NCBI GenBank assembly: GCA_964016885.1
Contig: OZ024752.1
Span: forward strand, 34,348,001 to 34,412,000
From: Eledone cirrhosa
Lineage: Eukaryota
Direction of reading: 5' to 3'
Length of the DNA stretch: 64,000 bases
Made by a program: the position numbers and the translations under genes. The notes under the pieces are model-generated. The model worked only from the letters and a program-made list of their open reading frames with translations. It was not told where the DNA came from and searched no databases. The first letter of the stretch is position 1. Each line of letters opens with the position of its first letter. Of this stretch, positions 27,458 through 42,453 are shown piece after piece.

Positions 27458-28679
27458 CCTTTGACAGGGTTGATCATAACATTCTACTGAGAAAGCTGTC
27501 CAATATTGGTGTCACTGGAAAGCTGCTGCAGTGGATCAAGAGCTTCCTGTCAAACAGAACCCAACATGTTGTAGTTGAGGGAGTCAAATCCAGCCCAGCC
27601 AAAGTCAGTAGTGGGGTCCCACAAGGCACTGTGTTGGGCCCACTTCTCTTCATCATCTATATTAATGACATCACTGACATCATCAAACACAGCAACATTA
27701 AAATTTTCGCTGATGATTCCAAGCTCCAAAAGGTCATCAATGGCGTGGATGACCGGTTAAGCCTTCAGTCAGACCTACTGGCTGTTACCCAATGGGCGGA
27801 AAAGAACAACATGTTACTGAACGAAGACAAATTCGAACTGATCCACTTTGGAAAAGAGGATGCTCTGAAACTCCCGTACTCCCTTCCCTCCGGGGAAACT
27901 CTCGTGGCATCTAACAACATCAGAGACTTGGGAGTAACCGTGGACAGCAACATAAGCTGGACCACGCATATAAGCAGCAAAGTTGACATAGCCCGCAGAA
28001 TGTGTCCTGGATCCTCAGAACCTTCCAGTCGAGAGATTCCCACACCATTATCCTTCTCTTCTCTACTTTTGCCCGACCACACCTTGAATACTGTTGTCCA
28101 CTGTGGTCTCCCCACACGAAACAAAGTATCATGAAACTTGAAGCTCCTCAAAGGGCAATCACGAAAAAGATAGATGGCATGTCAGACGTTGACTACTGGG
28201 GTCGATTAGAAAACCTGAATCTTTACTCACTCCAACGTCTCCGTGAGCGTTATATTATCTGCATGATGTGGAAAATGTTCCATCATCACTGCCCAAATGA
28301 TGTTGGCATCGCCTTCAAGATACACCCAAGGCTTGGGCCCCGTGCTATCCGTCCCATTCAAAAATCTAAATCGCAACTCATAACAACAATACGGCACAAT
28401 TATTTCACCTCAATCGGCCCTGCTCTCTTCAACATCACACCAGGACACGTCAAAACAGAAACTGACCACACAAAATTCAAGAAGTCTTTGGACAAATTCC
28501 TCCAAGTAATCCCGGACAAACCACCCACACCCGGATATGTCTCCGCAAACAGTAATTCTCTTCTCGAATGGGCCATGGTGCCCAAATCCTGAATTGAAAG
28601 ACTTCGCCAGGTGGTGCTATTAAGTTAGACATGGCCTGGGCCAATACTGGCCAAAACATTTCAAAGTTATTCAAAGTTA
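27458..28679 (+). mobile_element. 5'-truncated CR1-type LINE (RT 3' part and 3' UTR), frameshifted near 28000
   Basis: FDRVDH, SGVPQGTVLGPLLF, FADD, RPHLEYCCPLWSP, LYSLQR; tandem ttcaaagtta tail; a second 3' end on minus at ~59575-59648. Confidence 0.9.
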
Positions 28680-28741
28680 TATATATATATATATATTTTA
28701 ATATAGATGAGATTCTACAGGACTAGAACTGTTTCATTCTT

Positions 28742-28790
28742 GATTCCTGATGATTTCTAAAGAATGAAACAGTTCTAGTCCTGTAGAATC
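28742..28790 (+). ncRNA. Type I hammerhead ribozyme in a fold-back PLE terminus
   Basis: gattc CTGATGA tttctaaagaat GAAA CAG ttctagtc CTG TA^gaatc; its 3' part is inverted at 28697-28741; a related inverted fragment lies at 28926-29078. Confidence 0.68.
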
Positions 28791-28877
28791 TCATCTATAT
28801 TAAAACTTTTATACTCTGCAATGTAATGAGTACCTTACTTACTGTGGTTACCTCCGATTCAACCCGGAATAACGTAC

Positions 28878-28928
<51 letters not shown>

Positions 28929-29075
28929 GGGTTCAATCGGACGTAACCACAGTAAGTAAGGTACTCAATACATTAGTAGAGCGTAAACATCAAATTTAAT
29001 ATAGAAATGGCTTCCACAGGACTAGAACTGTTTCTTTCGAATGGAACAATTCTAGCCCTGCGGAATCCATTTCTG

Positions 29076-29141
<66 letters not shown>

Positions 29142-29197
29142 CATTTCGCTCTAGATGGCTGAATACAATAAATGTAATCTGAGCTTTTCGAATATTA

Positions 29198-29389
29198 ATA
29201 ATTGTTTCTACTTTTGGCACAAGTCCAGCAATTATCCCAGTGTATTACTGGTACTTTATTTTATCGACCCCTTAAGGATGAAAGGCAAAGTTAACCTCGG
29301 TGGGTTTTGAACTCAGTCCGTAAAGGGACGTAACTGTGCTGCAAAGCATGGCGTCCGACCCTCTACCGATACTGCCAATCCACCGCCCT
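29198..29389 (-). mobile_element. tRNA-derived SINE with TSD
   Basis: Flanked by ttttcgaatattaataat. Confidence 0.88.
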
Positions 29390-29508
29390 TTTCGAATATT
29401 AATAATAACATTATTTTCGTTTTCAATTATGCAAACAAGCCTCCATTTTATAGCCATGTCAGTAGAATGAACCCTTCATTCTTGCTCTTGAGTTGACACG
29501 CGAACAGA

Positions 29509-29554
29509 ACTGCAGACACTAATGTTTCTGGGTATCATCCTTCATCAGTACAGC
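29509..29554 (-). ncRNA. Type I hammerhead ribozyme, slightly decayed
   Basis: gctgta CTGATGA aggatgataccca GAAA cattagtg TC^tgcagt; next to a TA run. Confidence 0.58.
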
Positions 29555-29564
29555 TCACTGTTCA

Positions 29565-29602
<38 letters not shown>

Positions 29603-29706
29603 CTAGCTGTCGAAACGGCCGGAGCCCAGCCGTCGGGATCCTGATCCTACGTATTGAGTACTCTGATATCTTACCACGCCCTCTTTGTTATATATATATA
29701 TATATA

Positions 29707-29707
<1 letters not shown>

Positions 29708-29757
<50 letters not shown>

Positions 29758-30290
29758 TTTACGTCCGCTTTTCCCTGCTTGCAAGGGTGTGACGGGTCTT
29801 ATTCAGCACAGCATCTCTCCACTCGTCACGGTCCTTCGTCATCTCCACCGTGAGCTTCAGCGATCTGAGGTCTGTTCTCACCACCTCCGCCCATGTTTTT
29901 CGTGGTCTACCTCTACCACGTCTTCCTTCAACTGGCATTTCCTGGCACTTCTTCACCCATCGGTCATCCTCCACGCGCATCACATGTCCATACCACCTCA
30001 GTCTCCTCTCCCGTACACTACATTCTATCCCTCTCAGACACAGTTTCTCTCTCAACACATCACATGTCCATACCACCTCAGTCTCCTCTCTTGCACACTA
30101 CATTCTGTCCCTCTCAGACACAGTTTCTCTCTCAACGCATCACATGTCCATACCACCTCAGTCTCCTCTCCCGTACACTACATTCTATCCCTCTCAGACA
30201 GAGTTTCTCTCTCAACACATTCATGCTGGGTCGTTCACGCACATTGACATTGCACATCCAATGGAGCATGCTTGCCTCATTTCTATATAT
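29708..30290 (-). mobile_element. RTE-clade LINE 3' fragment with (ATG)n tail and internal 80-bp triplication
   Basis: RLRWYGHVMR..GRRGRGRPRKTW; repeat units at 29978, 30058 and 30138. Confidence 0.85.
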
Positions 30291-30588
30291 ATGAGGTTCT
30301 CTGAGTCAGTGAACCCATGTATGTATACGGGTGTATATAATTGTATGAGTAAACATACATTACACCCTGTTGTTGAATGAATCAAATTATGTGTATTTCA
30401 GCTAATATATTTCTCAAACGTTTGACCTCGAAAGGATGAAAGGCAAAGTTGACCTTGGCAGGATTTGAACTGAGTGAGAGGAGAGAGCCGGAACGAACAT
30501 CACAACATATTCCATCCGTAGTTCGAACGACTCTGCCAACTCGCCGTCTACATCTGAATATAAGAGAGGTTAAACTTTGCTGTGTAAT

Positions 30589-30760
30589 CCGTGTCGGGTT
30601 TAGGACAAATGTTGCCCTGTGCTAGTTAAGTTATGACTTCCCTTACTTGGGCTGGGCCCTGAAAAAGGAAAAGAAAAATTTTGGGCAGGAATATGAACCT
30701 CCCTGGTCAACGGGGCCCTGTGCTTAAGCACATCTAAGCACAATGGTAAATCCGGCATTG
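30589..30760. mobile_element. Decayed hAT-like MITE
   Basis: Imperfect TIRs ccgtgtcgggttta / taaatccggcattg; no TSD seen. Confidence 0.4.
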
Positions 30761-30798
30761 ATTTCAAACGCAAGGTCTTTGCTGTGGTCACGCTTTAA

Positions 30799-31018
30799 CC
30801 CTTTAGCATTTACATTACTCTAACATACTATTGTATTTTCGCAGTAAAGGCTTTATCTCACGCAATTATCTCACATAATATCGAATCTATGCGATTTTGA
30901 TATTATTTATTTTGAGAACAATACTTTAACATCAGTATGAGTGGTTAGTTACGATTGATTTGAACAAAAAGAGGTGAGAGAATTCTGGCCGGATATGGCC
31001 GGTTTAAATGCTAAAGTG
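30799..31018. mobile_element. piggyBac-like MITE
   Basis: TTAA-ccctttagcattta ... taaatgctaaagtg-TTAA. Confidence 0.78.
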
Positions 31019-31801
31019 TTAAAGTCAAGTGGTCTTCATTTAACAAGTGAACCCTTATCCAATAAAGACATTCTAGCCGTGACCATCACATTTTTTTTGT
31101 TTTTATTCAGTATATATTTAGAATTGTACTATCCACTGTGTCGTTTCAATTTTTTTTAAAAATGGCTGTGGGGTGTAATTTAAGGGTAAATTGGCTGCTA
31201 TTTCTAGCAGGTCGAGTAGCTGCTAAGAGGCTCTCTCGATAGCTCGTAAAATCAGTAGGTTGTTGAGTGAGATTTAGCAGTTAGATTGCATCCATATGTG
31301 TTTGTTGCACACGTGTTTGTTTGCATACTTTGCATGTATGAGCGTTAGCGTCTGTTTTTGTTTAGAGGGAGCGATAAAAAGTGATAAAGAGCGGAGGAGG
31401 GGTGGAGAAAGATGAGGAAGACGAGAGATTTTATGAAACACAACTTAGTAAAGCGAAAAGAAAAGTGAAAAAAAAAAAAATGTATACATTTTTGACTAAT
31501 TGGACGAAATGCGATTTCACATCAACTCCGTTCAATTGTCTTATCCTACAGCTTTTTAAAATATACTTAAATCTAATATCATATCCACCCTTCTCTAGAA
31601 ATATAAAGGTTTGAGTCGATGTGGTTGTTAGTAAAGTGGTAGAATTTAGAGGAAAGGTACGTGTCGGGCTAAATGTCTTCTTCAATTTAGTTTTGTCCCA
31701 TTTCTAGCAACACCATTAACTCACTAAAACCATTGTTATCAGTAATGAGAACAAGATAAACAGGAACAACAACTGAAACAGCAATAGTTAGCAATATTAA
31801 C

Positions 31802-32982
31802 AAACTTTAATAGTGTTACTAAAACTTTAATAGTATTACTAAAACTTTAATAGTGTTACTAAAACTTTAATAGTGTTACTAAAACTTTAATAGTGTTACT
31901 AAAACTTTAATAGTATTACTAAGACTTTAATAGTGTTACTAAAACTTTAATAGCGTTACTAAAACTTTAATAGTATTACTAAAACTTTAATAGTATTACT
32001 GAAACTTTAATAGTGTTACTAAAACTTTAATAGTGTTACTAAAACTTTAATAGTATTACTAAAACTTTAATAGTATTACTAAAACTTTAATAGTATTACT
32101 AAGACTTTAATAGTATTACTAAGACTTTAATAGTATTACTAAAACTTTAATAGTATTACTAAGACTAATAGTATTACTAAAACTTTAATAGTATTACTAA
32201 AACTTTAATAGTGTTACTAAAACTTTAATAGTGTTACTAAAACTTTAATAGTGTTACTAAGACTTTAATAGTATTACTAAGACTTTAATAGTATTACTAA
32301 GACTTTAATAGTGTTACTAAGACTTTAATAGTGTTACTAAGACTTTAATAGTGTTACTAAAACTTTAATAGTGTTACTAAAACTTTAATAGTATTACTAA
32401 AACTTTAATAGTGTTACTAAGACTTTAATAGTGTTACTAAGACTTTAATAGTATTACTAAGACTTTAATAGTATTACTAAGACTTTAATAGTATTACTAA
32501 GACTTTAATAGTATTACTAAAACTTTAATAGTGCTACTAAAACTTTAATAGTGTTACTAAGACTTTAATAGTATTACTAAGACTTTAATAGTATTACTAA
32601 AGCTTTAATAGTGTTACTAAGACTTTAATAGTGTTACTAAGACTTTAATAGTATTACTAAGACTTTAATAGTATTACTAAGACTTTAATAGTATTACTAA
32701 GACTTTAATAGTGTTACTAAGACTTTAATAGTATTACTAAGACTTTAATAGTGTTACTAAGACTTTAATAGTGTTACTAAGACTTTAATAGTATTACTAA
32801 GACTTTAATAGTATTACTAAAACTTTAATAGTATTACTAAGACTTTAATAGTATTACTAAAACTTTAATAGTGCTACTAAAACTTTAATAGTATTACTAA
32901 GACTTTAATAGTATTACTAAGACTTTAATAGTATTACTAAGACTTTAATAGTGTTACTAAGACTTTAATAGTATTACTAAAG
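31802..32982. repeat. 20-bp satellite, ~59 copies
   Basis: (aaRactttaatagtRttact)n. Confidence 0.95.
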
Positions 32983-33058
32983 CTATCTCTACAACCACAG
33001 CCATGAGTTCTGTCTGTCTATCATCATTGTGCATCTTCGCTCCATTCTTTCCACGAAC

Positions 33059-33274
33059 TAGTATATACTCGAATGTAAGTCGAGCAATATGTGACAACAA
33101 ACAAAAGAAAATCGATGAAAGAAGGGCCGGGGTCGGCTTATATTCGAGGTCAATATTTTGACGATTTTCATCAACTTCAAATTCTACGTAAATAACGTTT
33201 GGAAATATTTTTTGTCCATTTTCTCAGACATAAAATAGTGGGGTCGACTTATATTCGACATTATTTATATACGG
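33059..33274. mobile_element. Decayed Tc1/mariner-type MITE
   Basis: gtatatactcgaatgtaagtcga ... tcgacttatattcga..tatatacgg-TA. Confidence 0.55.
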
Positions 33275-33766
33275 TAAGAACTAATTACTCTACCACCTCC
33301 AATCATCACCACCAACACCAACAACAATAACAATAATACTAAGGAGCAACATAAACATTAATAAGAACAACATTATTATTGTTTGTTAAAGCATAACTGC
33401 CTGCTAGTAGCTGGAATCAAGCCAGAGAATGTTACCAGCAAGCGATGACAAATAACCAATTACCATGTAGGAAAATTCGTCTGGTATCTTAGAAGGAAGT
33501 CGGAATGCCATTTGTACTAAAAGGTCATTTGTACCTAATAAACGGAAAGACCAGGTCAAAGGTCAGAAGGAGGGAACAGGGTATGTTTAATCTCTGTGAG
33601 TGGCTTGGTTTGGCTTGGTTAGATATGTTAAATATTTGTTCTAACAGTGTTTTTGTTGTTACGGTTATCTCTCTCTCTGTTCAACGTCGGTCATTTACAG
33701 GTACATTCATTCTATCTGTGTTCAGCGTCGTACATATACAGGTATATACAGGTACAGGTACATTTA

Positions 33767-34371
33767 CAGACCTGCCAATCTCTAAAATCCCAAACAGGGA
33801 GTACCATGAAAAACAGTACCTCCCGAAACGGGGAGATTTTACATAATTGTTTCTACGTTTTGGCACAAAGCCAGCAATTACCCAGTGCATTACTGGTACT
33901 TTATGTTATCGACCCCGTAAGGATGAAAGGCAAAGTTAACCTCGGCGAGATTTGAACTCAGAATGGCAAGGGCCGTAACTCTAATATGCCAAAGCATGGC
34001 GTCCGATGAAAGCTAAACTCATTTTTACAAGAAATTACATTTGTCATCCACCCCAAAGTGGGTGGGAGATCTCCCCGTCGGACGGGAAGAGTTGATAGCT
34101 CTGCAGTTATTCTATCTACCACGACATAGAATTATTATATCTGTATCTGTATATGTCATGGTAAATAGAATAAATGCAGACCTGTCATCTCTCCCCGTCC
34201 GACGGGGAGATCTCCCACCCACTTTGGGGTGGGTGAGAGATGTCTTCTCTTGGGAAAATGGGTATAGTTTTCATTATGTAAAATCTCACCATTTTGCTTC
34301 ATTTCTCCCCGTTTAGGGGCAGTTTTTCTCATGGTACTCCCCGTTTGTGTTTCTAGAGGTTGACAGGCCTG
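33767..34371. mobile_element. Two inverted copies of a ~195-bp hAT-like MITE (33767-34103, with a SINE at ~33845-34007; 34177-34371)
   Basis: CAGACCTGYCA-like termini; the second copy is the reverse complement of the first minus the SINE; no 8-bp TSD found. Confidence 0.7.
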
Positions 34372-34372
34372 T

Positions 34373-37300
34373 CTCTACCACGATATATACAGGTACAAAT
34401 ATAATCAGTCCATCTACCACGATATATACAGGTACATCAATGATCATTCCATCTACCACGGTACAAATATCAGTCCATCTACCACGATATATACAGGTAC
34501 AAATATAATCAGTCCATCTACCACAATATATACAGGTACAAATATAATCAGTCCATCTACCACGATATACACAGGTACAAATATAATCAGTCCATCTACC
34601 ACGATATATACAGGTACAAATATAATCAGTCCATCTACCACGATATATACAGGTACAAATATAATCAGTCCATCTACCACGATATATACAGGTACAAATA
34701 TAATCAGTACATCTATCACGATATATACAGGTACAAATATAATCATTCTATCTACCACGATATACACAGGTACAAATTTAATCAGTCTATCTACCACGAT
34801 ATATACAGGTACAAATATAATCAGTCCATCTACCACGATATATATAGGTACAAATATAATCAGTCCATCTACCACGATATATACAGGTACAAATATAATC
34901 AGTCCATCTACCACAATATATACAGGTACAAATATAATCAGTCCATCTACCACGATATATACAGGTACAAATATAATCAGTCCATCTACCACGATATACA
35001 CAGGTACAAATATAATCAGTCCATCTACCACGATATATACAGGTACAAATATAATCAGTCCATCTACCACGATATATACAGGTACAAATATAATCAGTCC
35101 ATCTACCACGATATATACAGGTACAAATATAATCATTCTATCTACCACGATATATACAGGTACAAATATAATCAGTCCATCTACCACGATATACACAGGT
35201 ACAAATATAATCAGTCCATCTACCACGATATACACAGGTACAAATATAATCAGTCCATCTACCACGATATATACAGGTACAAATATAATCAGTCCATCTA
35301 CCACGATATATACAGGTACAAATATAATCAGTCCATCTACCACGATATATACAGGTACAAATATAGTCAGTCCATCTACCACGATATATACAGGTACAAA
35401 TATAATCAGTCTATCTACCACGATATATACAGGTATAAATATAATCAGTCCATCTACCACAATATATACAGGTACAAATATAATCAGTCCATCTACCACG
35501 ATATATACAGGTACAAATATAATCAGTCCATCTACCACGATATACACAGGTACAAATATAATCATTCTATCTACCACGATATATACAGGTACAAATATAA
35601 TCAGTCCATCTACCACGATATATACAGGTACAAATATAATCAGTCCATCTACCACGATATATACAGGTACAAATATAATCAGTCCATCTACCACGATATA
35701 TACAGGTACAAATATAATCAGTCTATCTACCACGATATATACAGGTATAAATATAATCAGTCCATCTACCACAATATATACAGGTATAAATATAATCAGT
35801 CCATCTACCACAATATATACAGGTACAAATATAATCAGTCCATCTACCACGATATATACAGGTACAAATATAATCAGTCCATCTACCACGATATACACAG
35901 GTACAAATATAATCATTCTATCTACCACGATATATACAGGTATAAATATAATCAGTCCATCTACCACAATATATACAGGTACAAATATAATCAGTCCATC
36001 TACCACGATATATACAGGTACAAATATAATCAGTCCATCTACCACGATATACACAGGTACAAATATAATCATTCTATCTACCACGATATATACAGGTACA
36101 AATATAATCAGTCCATCTACCACGATATATACAGGTACAAATATAATCAGTCCATCTACCACGATATACACAGGTACAAATATAATCATTCTATCTACCA
36201 CGATATATACAGGTATAAATATAATCAGTCCATCTACCACAATATATACAGGTACAAATATAATCAGTCCATCTACCACGATATATACAGGTACAAATAT
36301 AATCAGTCCATCTACCACGATATACACAGGTACAAATATAATCATTCTATCTACCACGATATATACAGGTACAAATATAATCAGTCCATCTACCACGATA
36401 TACACAGGTACAAATATAATCATTCTATCTACCACGATATATACAGGTACAAATATAATCAGTCCATCTACCACGATATATACAGGTACAAATATAATCA
36501 GTCCATCTACCACGATATACACAGGTACAAATATAATCATTCTATCTACCACGATATATACAGGTATAAATATAATCAGTCCATCTACCACAATATATAC
36601 AGGTACAAATATAATCAGTCCATCTACCACGATATATACAGGTACAAATATAATCAGTCCATCTACCACGATATACACAGGTACAAATATAATCATTCTA
36701 TCTACCACGATATATACAGGTACAAATATAATCAGTCCATCTACCACGATATATACAGGTACAAATATAATCAGTCCATCTACCACGATATATACAGGTA
36801 CAAATATAATCAGTCCATCTACCACGATATACACAGGTACAAATATAATCATTCTATCTACCACGATATATACAGGTACAAATATAATCAGTCCATCTAC
36901 CACGATATATACAGGTACAAATATAATCAGTCCATCTACCACGATATATACAGGTACAAATATAATCATTCTATCTACCACGATATACACAGGTACAAAT
37001 ATAATCAGTCCATCTACCACGATATATACAGGTACATCAATGATCATTCCATCTACCACGGTACAAATATAATCAGTCCATCTACCACGATATATACAGG
37101 TACAAATATAATCAGTCCATCTACCACAATATATACAGGTACAAATATAATCAGTCCATCTACCACGATATATACAGGTACAAATATAATCAGTCCATCT
37201 AACACGATATATACAGGTACAAATATAATCATTCTATCTACCACGATATACACAGGTACAAATATAATCAGTCCATCTACCACAATATATACAGGTACAA

Positions 37301-38540
37301 ATATAATCAGTCCATCTACCACGATATATACAGGTACAAATATAATCAGTCCATCTACCACGATATACACAGGTACAAATATAATCAGTCCATCTACCAC
37401 AATATATACAGGTACAAATATAATCAGTCCATCTACCACGATATATACAGGTACAAATATAATCATTCTATCTACCACGATATACACAGGTACAAATATA
37501 ATCAGTCCATCTACCACGATATATACAGGTACAAATATAATCAGTCCATCTACCACGATATACACAGGTACAAATATAATCATTCTATCTACCACGATAT
37601 ATACAGGTACAAATATAATCAGTCCATCTACCACGATATATACAGGTACAAATATAATCAGTCCATCTACCACGATATATACAGGTACAAATATAATCAG
37701 TCCATCTACCACGATATATACAGGTACAAATATAATCAGTCCATCTACCACGATATATACAGGTACAAATATAATCAGTCTATCTACCACGATATATACA
37801 GGTATAAATATAATCAGTCCATCTACCACAATATATACAGGTACAAATATAATCAGTCCATCTACCACGATATATACAAGTACAAATATAATCAGTCCAT
37901 CTACCACGATATACACAGGTACAAATATAATCATTCTATCTACCACGATATATACAGGTACAAATATAATCAGTCCATCTACCACGATATATACAGGTAC
38001 AAATATAATCAGTCCATCTACCACGATATATACAGGTACAAATATAATCAGTCCATCTACCACGGTACACATATAATCAGTCCATCTACCACGATATATA
38101 CAGGTACAAATATAATCATTCTATCTACCACGATATACACAGGTACAAATATAATCAGTCCATCTACCACGATATATACAGGTACATCAATGATCATTCC
38201 ATCTACCACGGTACAAATATAATCAGTCCATCTACCACGATATATACAGGTACAAATATAATCATTCTATCTACCACGATATATACAGGTACAAATATAA
38301 TCATTCTATCTACCACGATATATACAGGTACAAATATAATCAGTCCATCTACCACGATATATACAGGTACAAATATAATCATTCTATCTACCACGATATA
38401 CACAGGTACAAATTTAAACAGTCCATCTACCACGATATATACAGGTACATCAATGATCATTCCATCTCCCACGATATATACAGGTACATCAATGATCATT
38501 CCATCTACCACGATATATACAGGTACAAATATAATCATTT
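34373..38540. repeat. 39-bp satellite, ~107 copies
   Basis: (ccatctaccacgatatatacaggtacaaatataatcagt)n. Confidence 0.97.
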
Positions 38541-38926
38541 TACTTTTCCTATAACTATCTATTCAGTTATGTGACAGCAGTAGAGCCTTAATGTTTTCTT
38601 TTTAATTAAGGTAAACTGGAAAGCAGAGATTGGTAGAATCGTTAGTGTTGGACAAAATACTGTTCAGTGTCGGACACATACAGGTACATTCATTCTATCC
38701 ACCACCTATTAATCTACCTCATTCGTCTTTACCCCTCCTCTAACCCCATCTGTTGTTTTTTGCCCGCCATCTCTCTGTCGTCCTGTTTATTCTGTTTTGA
38801 ATTTAGTAAAACCAAGGGTTCGAAGGAGTATGAATTTTTTTTGTACTTTTTCTTATTTTATTTTATATCGGGGGTTCGTAGTTTTATTTTCAGTGAAAAC
38901 CTGAAGCACATTTAAACAATCTATCT

Positions 38927-39135
38927 AGGGTGGGTAAAATTCCCGAGAACCATGGGCGAGTTCTGTCCAGCGGTCTCTGTCCTTCATCATTGTCGCCATG
39001 CCCTGCGTCTCCCAGAGATCAGTATCTGTCCTTAGGGCATCAACATATGTCAATCTCAGTCTCCATTATCCCGTGTGTCCGTGTAGGGGCTCCCACAGGA
39101 CGACTGAGTGCAGTGTCAACTCTGAATGTAGGCGA
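38927..39135 (-). mobile_element. RTE-like LINE 3' end
   Basis: Homologous to 46188-46400. Confidence 0.65.
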
Positions 39136-39368
39136 GAAGCGAAATCTCACTATGTCTTGAAACACTATTGCCGTTATATAAAAAAATTATTGAGCAGCGT
39201 CTCGAGTCGGAAGGCTCATCAGACTGATGCGTATCCTGGTTTCCGCGACATGAAACGACTGAGAGTTCAAGACACCCTGCCCCCATGGACAGGATGCCAG
39301 TCCATTGCAATACATAGATACGTCCATACATATGTACATACAAACATACATACATAATGCATACGTAC

Positions 39369-39403
<35 letters not shown>

Positions 39404-39489
39404 GAAAAATTGAACAGGGACAGAACAGAGAGGCAGTACGACAAATGTTTATTAGATTCACGCTCAGGAGAGTGGGGGGTAGGTGGAGG

Positions 39490-39520
39490 ACGACGTTTCG
39501 GGCAAAGCCCTTCTTCAGGT
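39490..39520 (-). ncRNA. Minimal PLE-type hammerhead ribozyme
   Basis: ac CTGAAGA agggctttgccc GAAAC GTC^gt, inside a TA-flanked fragment at ~39400-39582; stem I is weak. Confidence 0.6.
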
Positions 39521-39579
39521 GAGAGTTCAAAAGGTGTGTAGGGGAGTGGTGGAGAGACATATAGCGAAAGGAAACGGTG

Positions 39580-39582
<3 letters not shown>

Positions 39583-39617
<35 letters not shown>

Positions 39618-39937
39618 GTACGTATATACATACATGTGTATATATATACATTTGTGCGTGTGTCTTCTGAAACAATAGGGAAAAATAAGAAAAAATAATT
39701 TAGTTTTTTCTATGTATGTACACACAAACACATATTTACATACACACACATACATATATACATGCACACGCACACACACATATACACATGCATATATACA
39801 TACGCACACACACACATATATATATACTTATATACACACACATCCACATATATATATACACACACACCCATATATACACACACACATATATATACACACA
39901 CAGACACACACATATATATACACACACACACCTATAT

Positions 39938-39985
<48 letters not shown>

Positions 39986-40205
39986 GCACACACAATTCAT
40001 TTGAGTTGGATTGTAACATTTCTTTACTAAATACTTATTGGCGATCCTCTTAAAATTGAAACACACAGTAACAGAAGCAACATGTTTACCTACGAACAAC
40101 TAATGTTGGCACAGGGCCTAAACAGAACATGGCCGAGAGTAGGCAAGTAAAGAATATATATATATATATATACACACACACATATATATATACAAACATA
40201 TATAT

Positions 40206-40236
<31 letters not shown>

Positions 40237-40353
40237 GAGAGAGTGAGAGAGTGAGAGAGAGTGAGAGAGAGAGAGAGAGAGCTAGATAGATAGAGATAGA
40301 GAAAAAGAGAGAGTGAGAGAAATATATATATATATATATACATACATGCATAT

Positions 40354-40410
<57 letters not shown>

Positions 40411-40633
40411 AATAGATAGGTAGATAGATAGAGATGGAGAAAGGGAGGGGAGGAAGTGAGAGCAAGATATATATATATATAAATAGAAAGAGGGAGAGAG
40501 AGAGAGAGAAAGCTAACTAGAGATAGATAGATAAATAAATAGGATGAGAGAGGAGAGGAGATGAAAGATAGATAGATAGATAGAGAGGGACAGAAAGAGA
40601 GAGACTAGAGGGAGATAGATAGAGAGAGAGAAG

Positions 40634-40665
<32 letters not shown>

Positions 40666-40673
40666 CTAGGGGG

Positions 40674-40758
<85 letters not shown>

Positions 40759-40763
40759 AGGGG

Positions 40764-40826
<63 letters not shown>

Positions 40827-40849
40827 AGACTAGGGGGAGATAGATAGAT

Positions 40850-40906
<57 letters not shown>

Positions 40907-41129
40907 AAGAAGAAATAAAGGCAAATGTAACACGCCCCTCTCTAGGATTTGTTTATATAGCTTCAGTTAGATCAACTGGCCGCTGGTCATTCCGTGCAGA
41001 GAATACGTAAAACAAAGAAAGAAAGAAAGAAGCAAGAAAAAGAAATAGTTTTCGTTGAAGAGTTTAACAGAGATGTGTTTTACTGGGGGGAAAGAACAAC
41101 AAAACTAGATAAAAACTAACAAAAGTAGA

Positions 41130-41206
<77 letters not shown>

Positions 41207-41207
41207 C

Positions 41208-41242
<35 letters not shown>

Positions 41243-41243
41243 C

Positions 41244-41294
<51 letters not shown>

Positions 41295-41295
41295 C

Positions 41296-41359
<64 letters not shown>

Positions 41360-41366
41360 CACACAT

Positions 41367-41425
<59 letters not shown>

Positions 41426-41571
41426 GTGTGTGTGTGTGTGTATATATATATATACATATTATATATATATATATATATATTCACAGACACACATACACAT
41501 ATATATATATATATAATATGTGTATATATATATATATATATATATGTATATGTATATATATGTATATGTAA

Positions 41572-41619
<48 letters not shown>

Positions 41620-41670
41620 GTATATATATGTATATGTATATGTATATATATATGTATATATATAAATATG

Positions 41671-41702
<32 letters not shown>

Positions 41703-42140
41703 TGTATGTATATATATATATATATATATACACACACATATATATAAATAACAATAACATGAAATAAGGAAACAGAGGAAGAAGGGAGAGTAGGAAAACA
41801 AAGAAGAAAGAGAGTAAGAGAGGGGGAAGAGAAAGAAAGCGAGAGAGAGAAAGAGGAGGAGGGGGAGAAAGAGAGAGGGTGAGAGAGAGAAAGAAAGAGT
41901 GTGAGACAAAGAGAAACCGAGAGACAGAGATAGGCAGAGAGAGAAAGAGAGAGAGAGAGAGTGAGTGGAAGATAGAGAGGGAGAGGGGTAGACAGAGAGA
42001 GAGAGAGAGAGAGAGGGAGATAAAGAGAGAGAGAGAGTGAGTGAGTGGACGATAAAGAGAGAGAGAGAGAGAGTGAGTGAGTGGAAGATAGATAGAGATA
42101 GGAAGAGAGAGAGAGGGGTAGACAGAGAGAGAGAGATAGG
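39583..42140. repeat. Compound (TA)n/(CA)n/(GA)n/(GATA)n microsatellite block
   Basis: Directly visible. Confidence 0.9.
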
Positions 42141-42453
42141 GAATGCAACAAGAAGAAAATGGCTGCTAAAAATGTGTAAAAGTTGTAAAGACTCGGGAAA
42201 GAATACGACAATCATTGTTTCTATTGGACAAAGGCTGGTCTTTATTTCATTCATCTGTTGTTTCTAAACTACCCCCACCCTCCTCTCCTCTCCTCCCTCC
42301 ATCCTTCCTCCTCCTCGCCTCGTCTCTCATTCGTCCTCTCTCTTCCACACTCTTATTTTCCGTTCGGTATGTCTGGGTATGATAGGTGGACACAACAGTC
42401 AAATGAGTTTGAAAGCAAGATTATCAGAGATATTATCATTATGTTATACAGTT

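Noticed and set aside
34453-38538. Membrane-protein-like repeat ORFs
   Set aside because: Product of a 39-bp satellite; no unique N- or C-terminal coding sequence.
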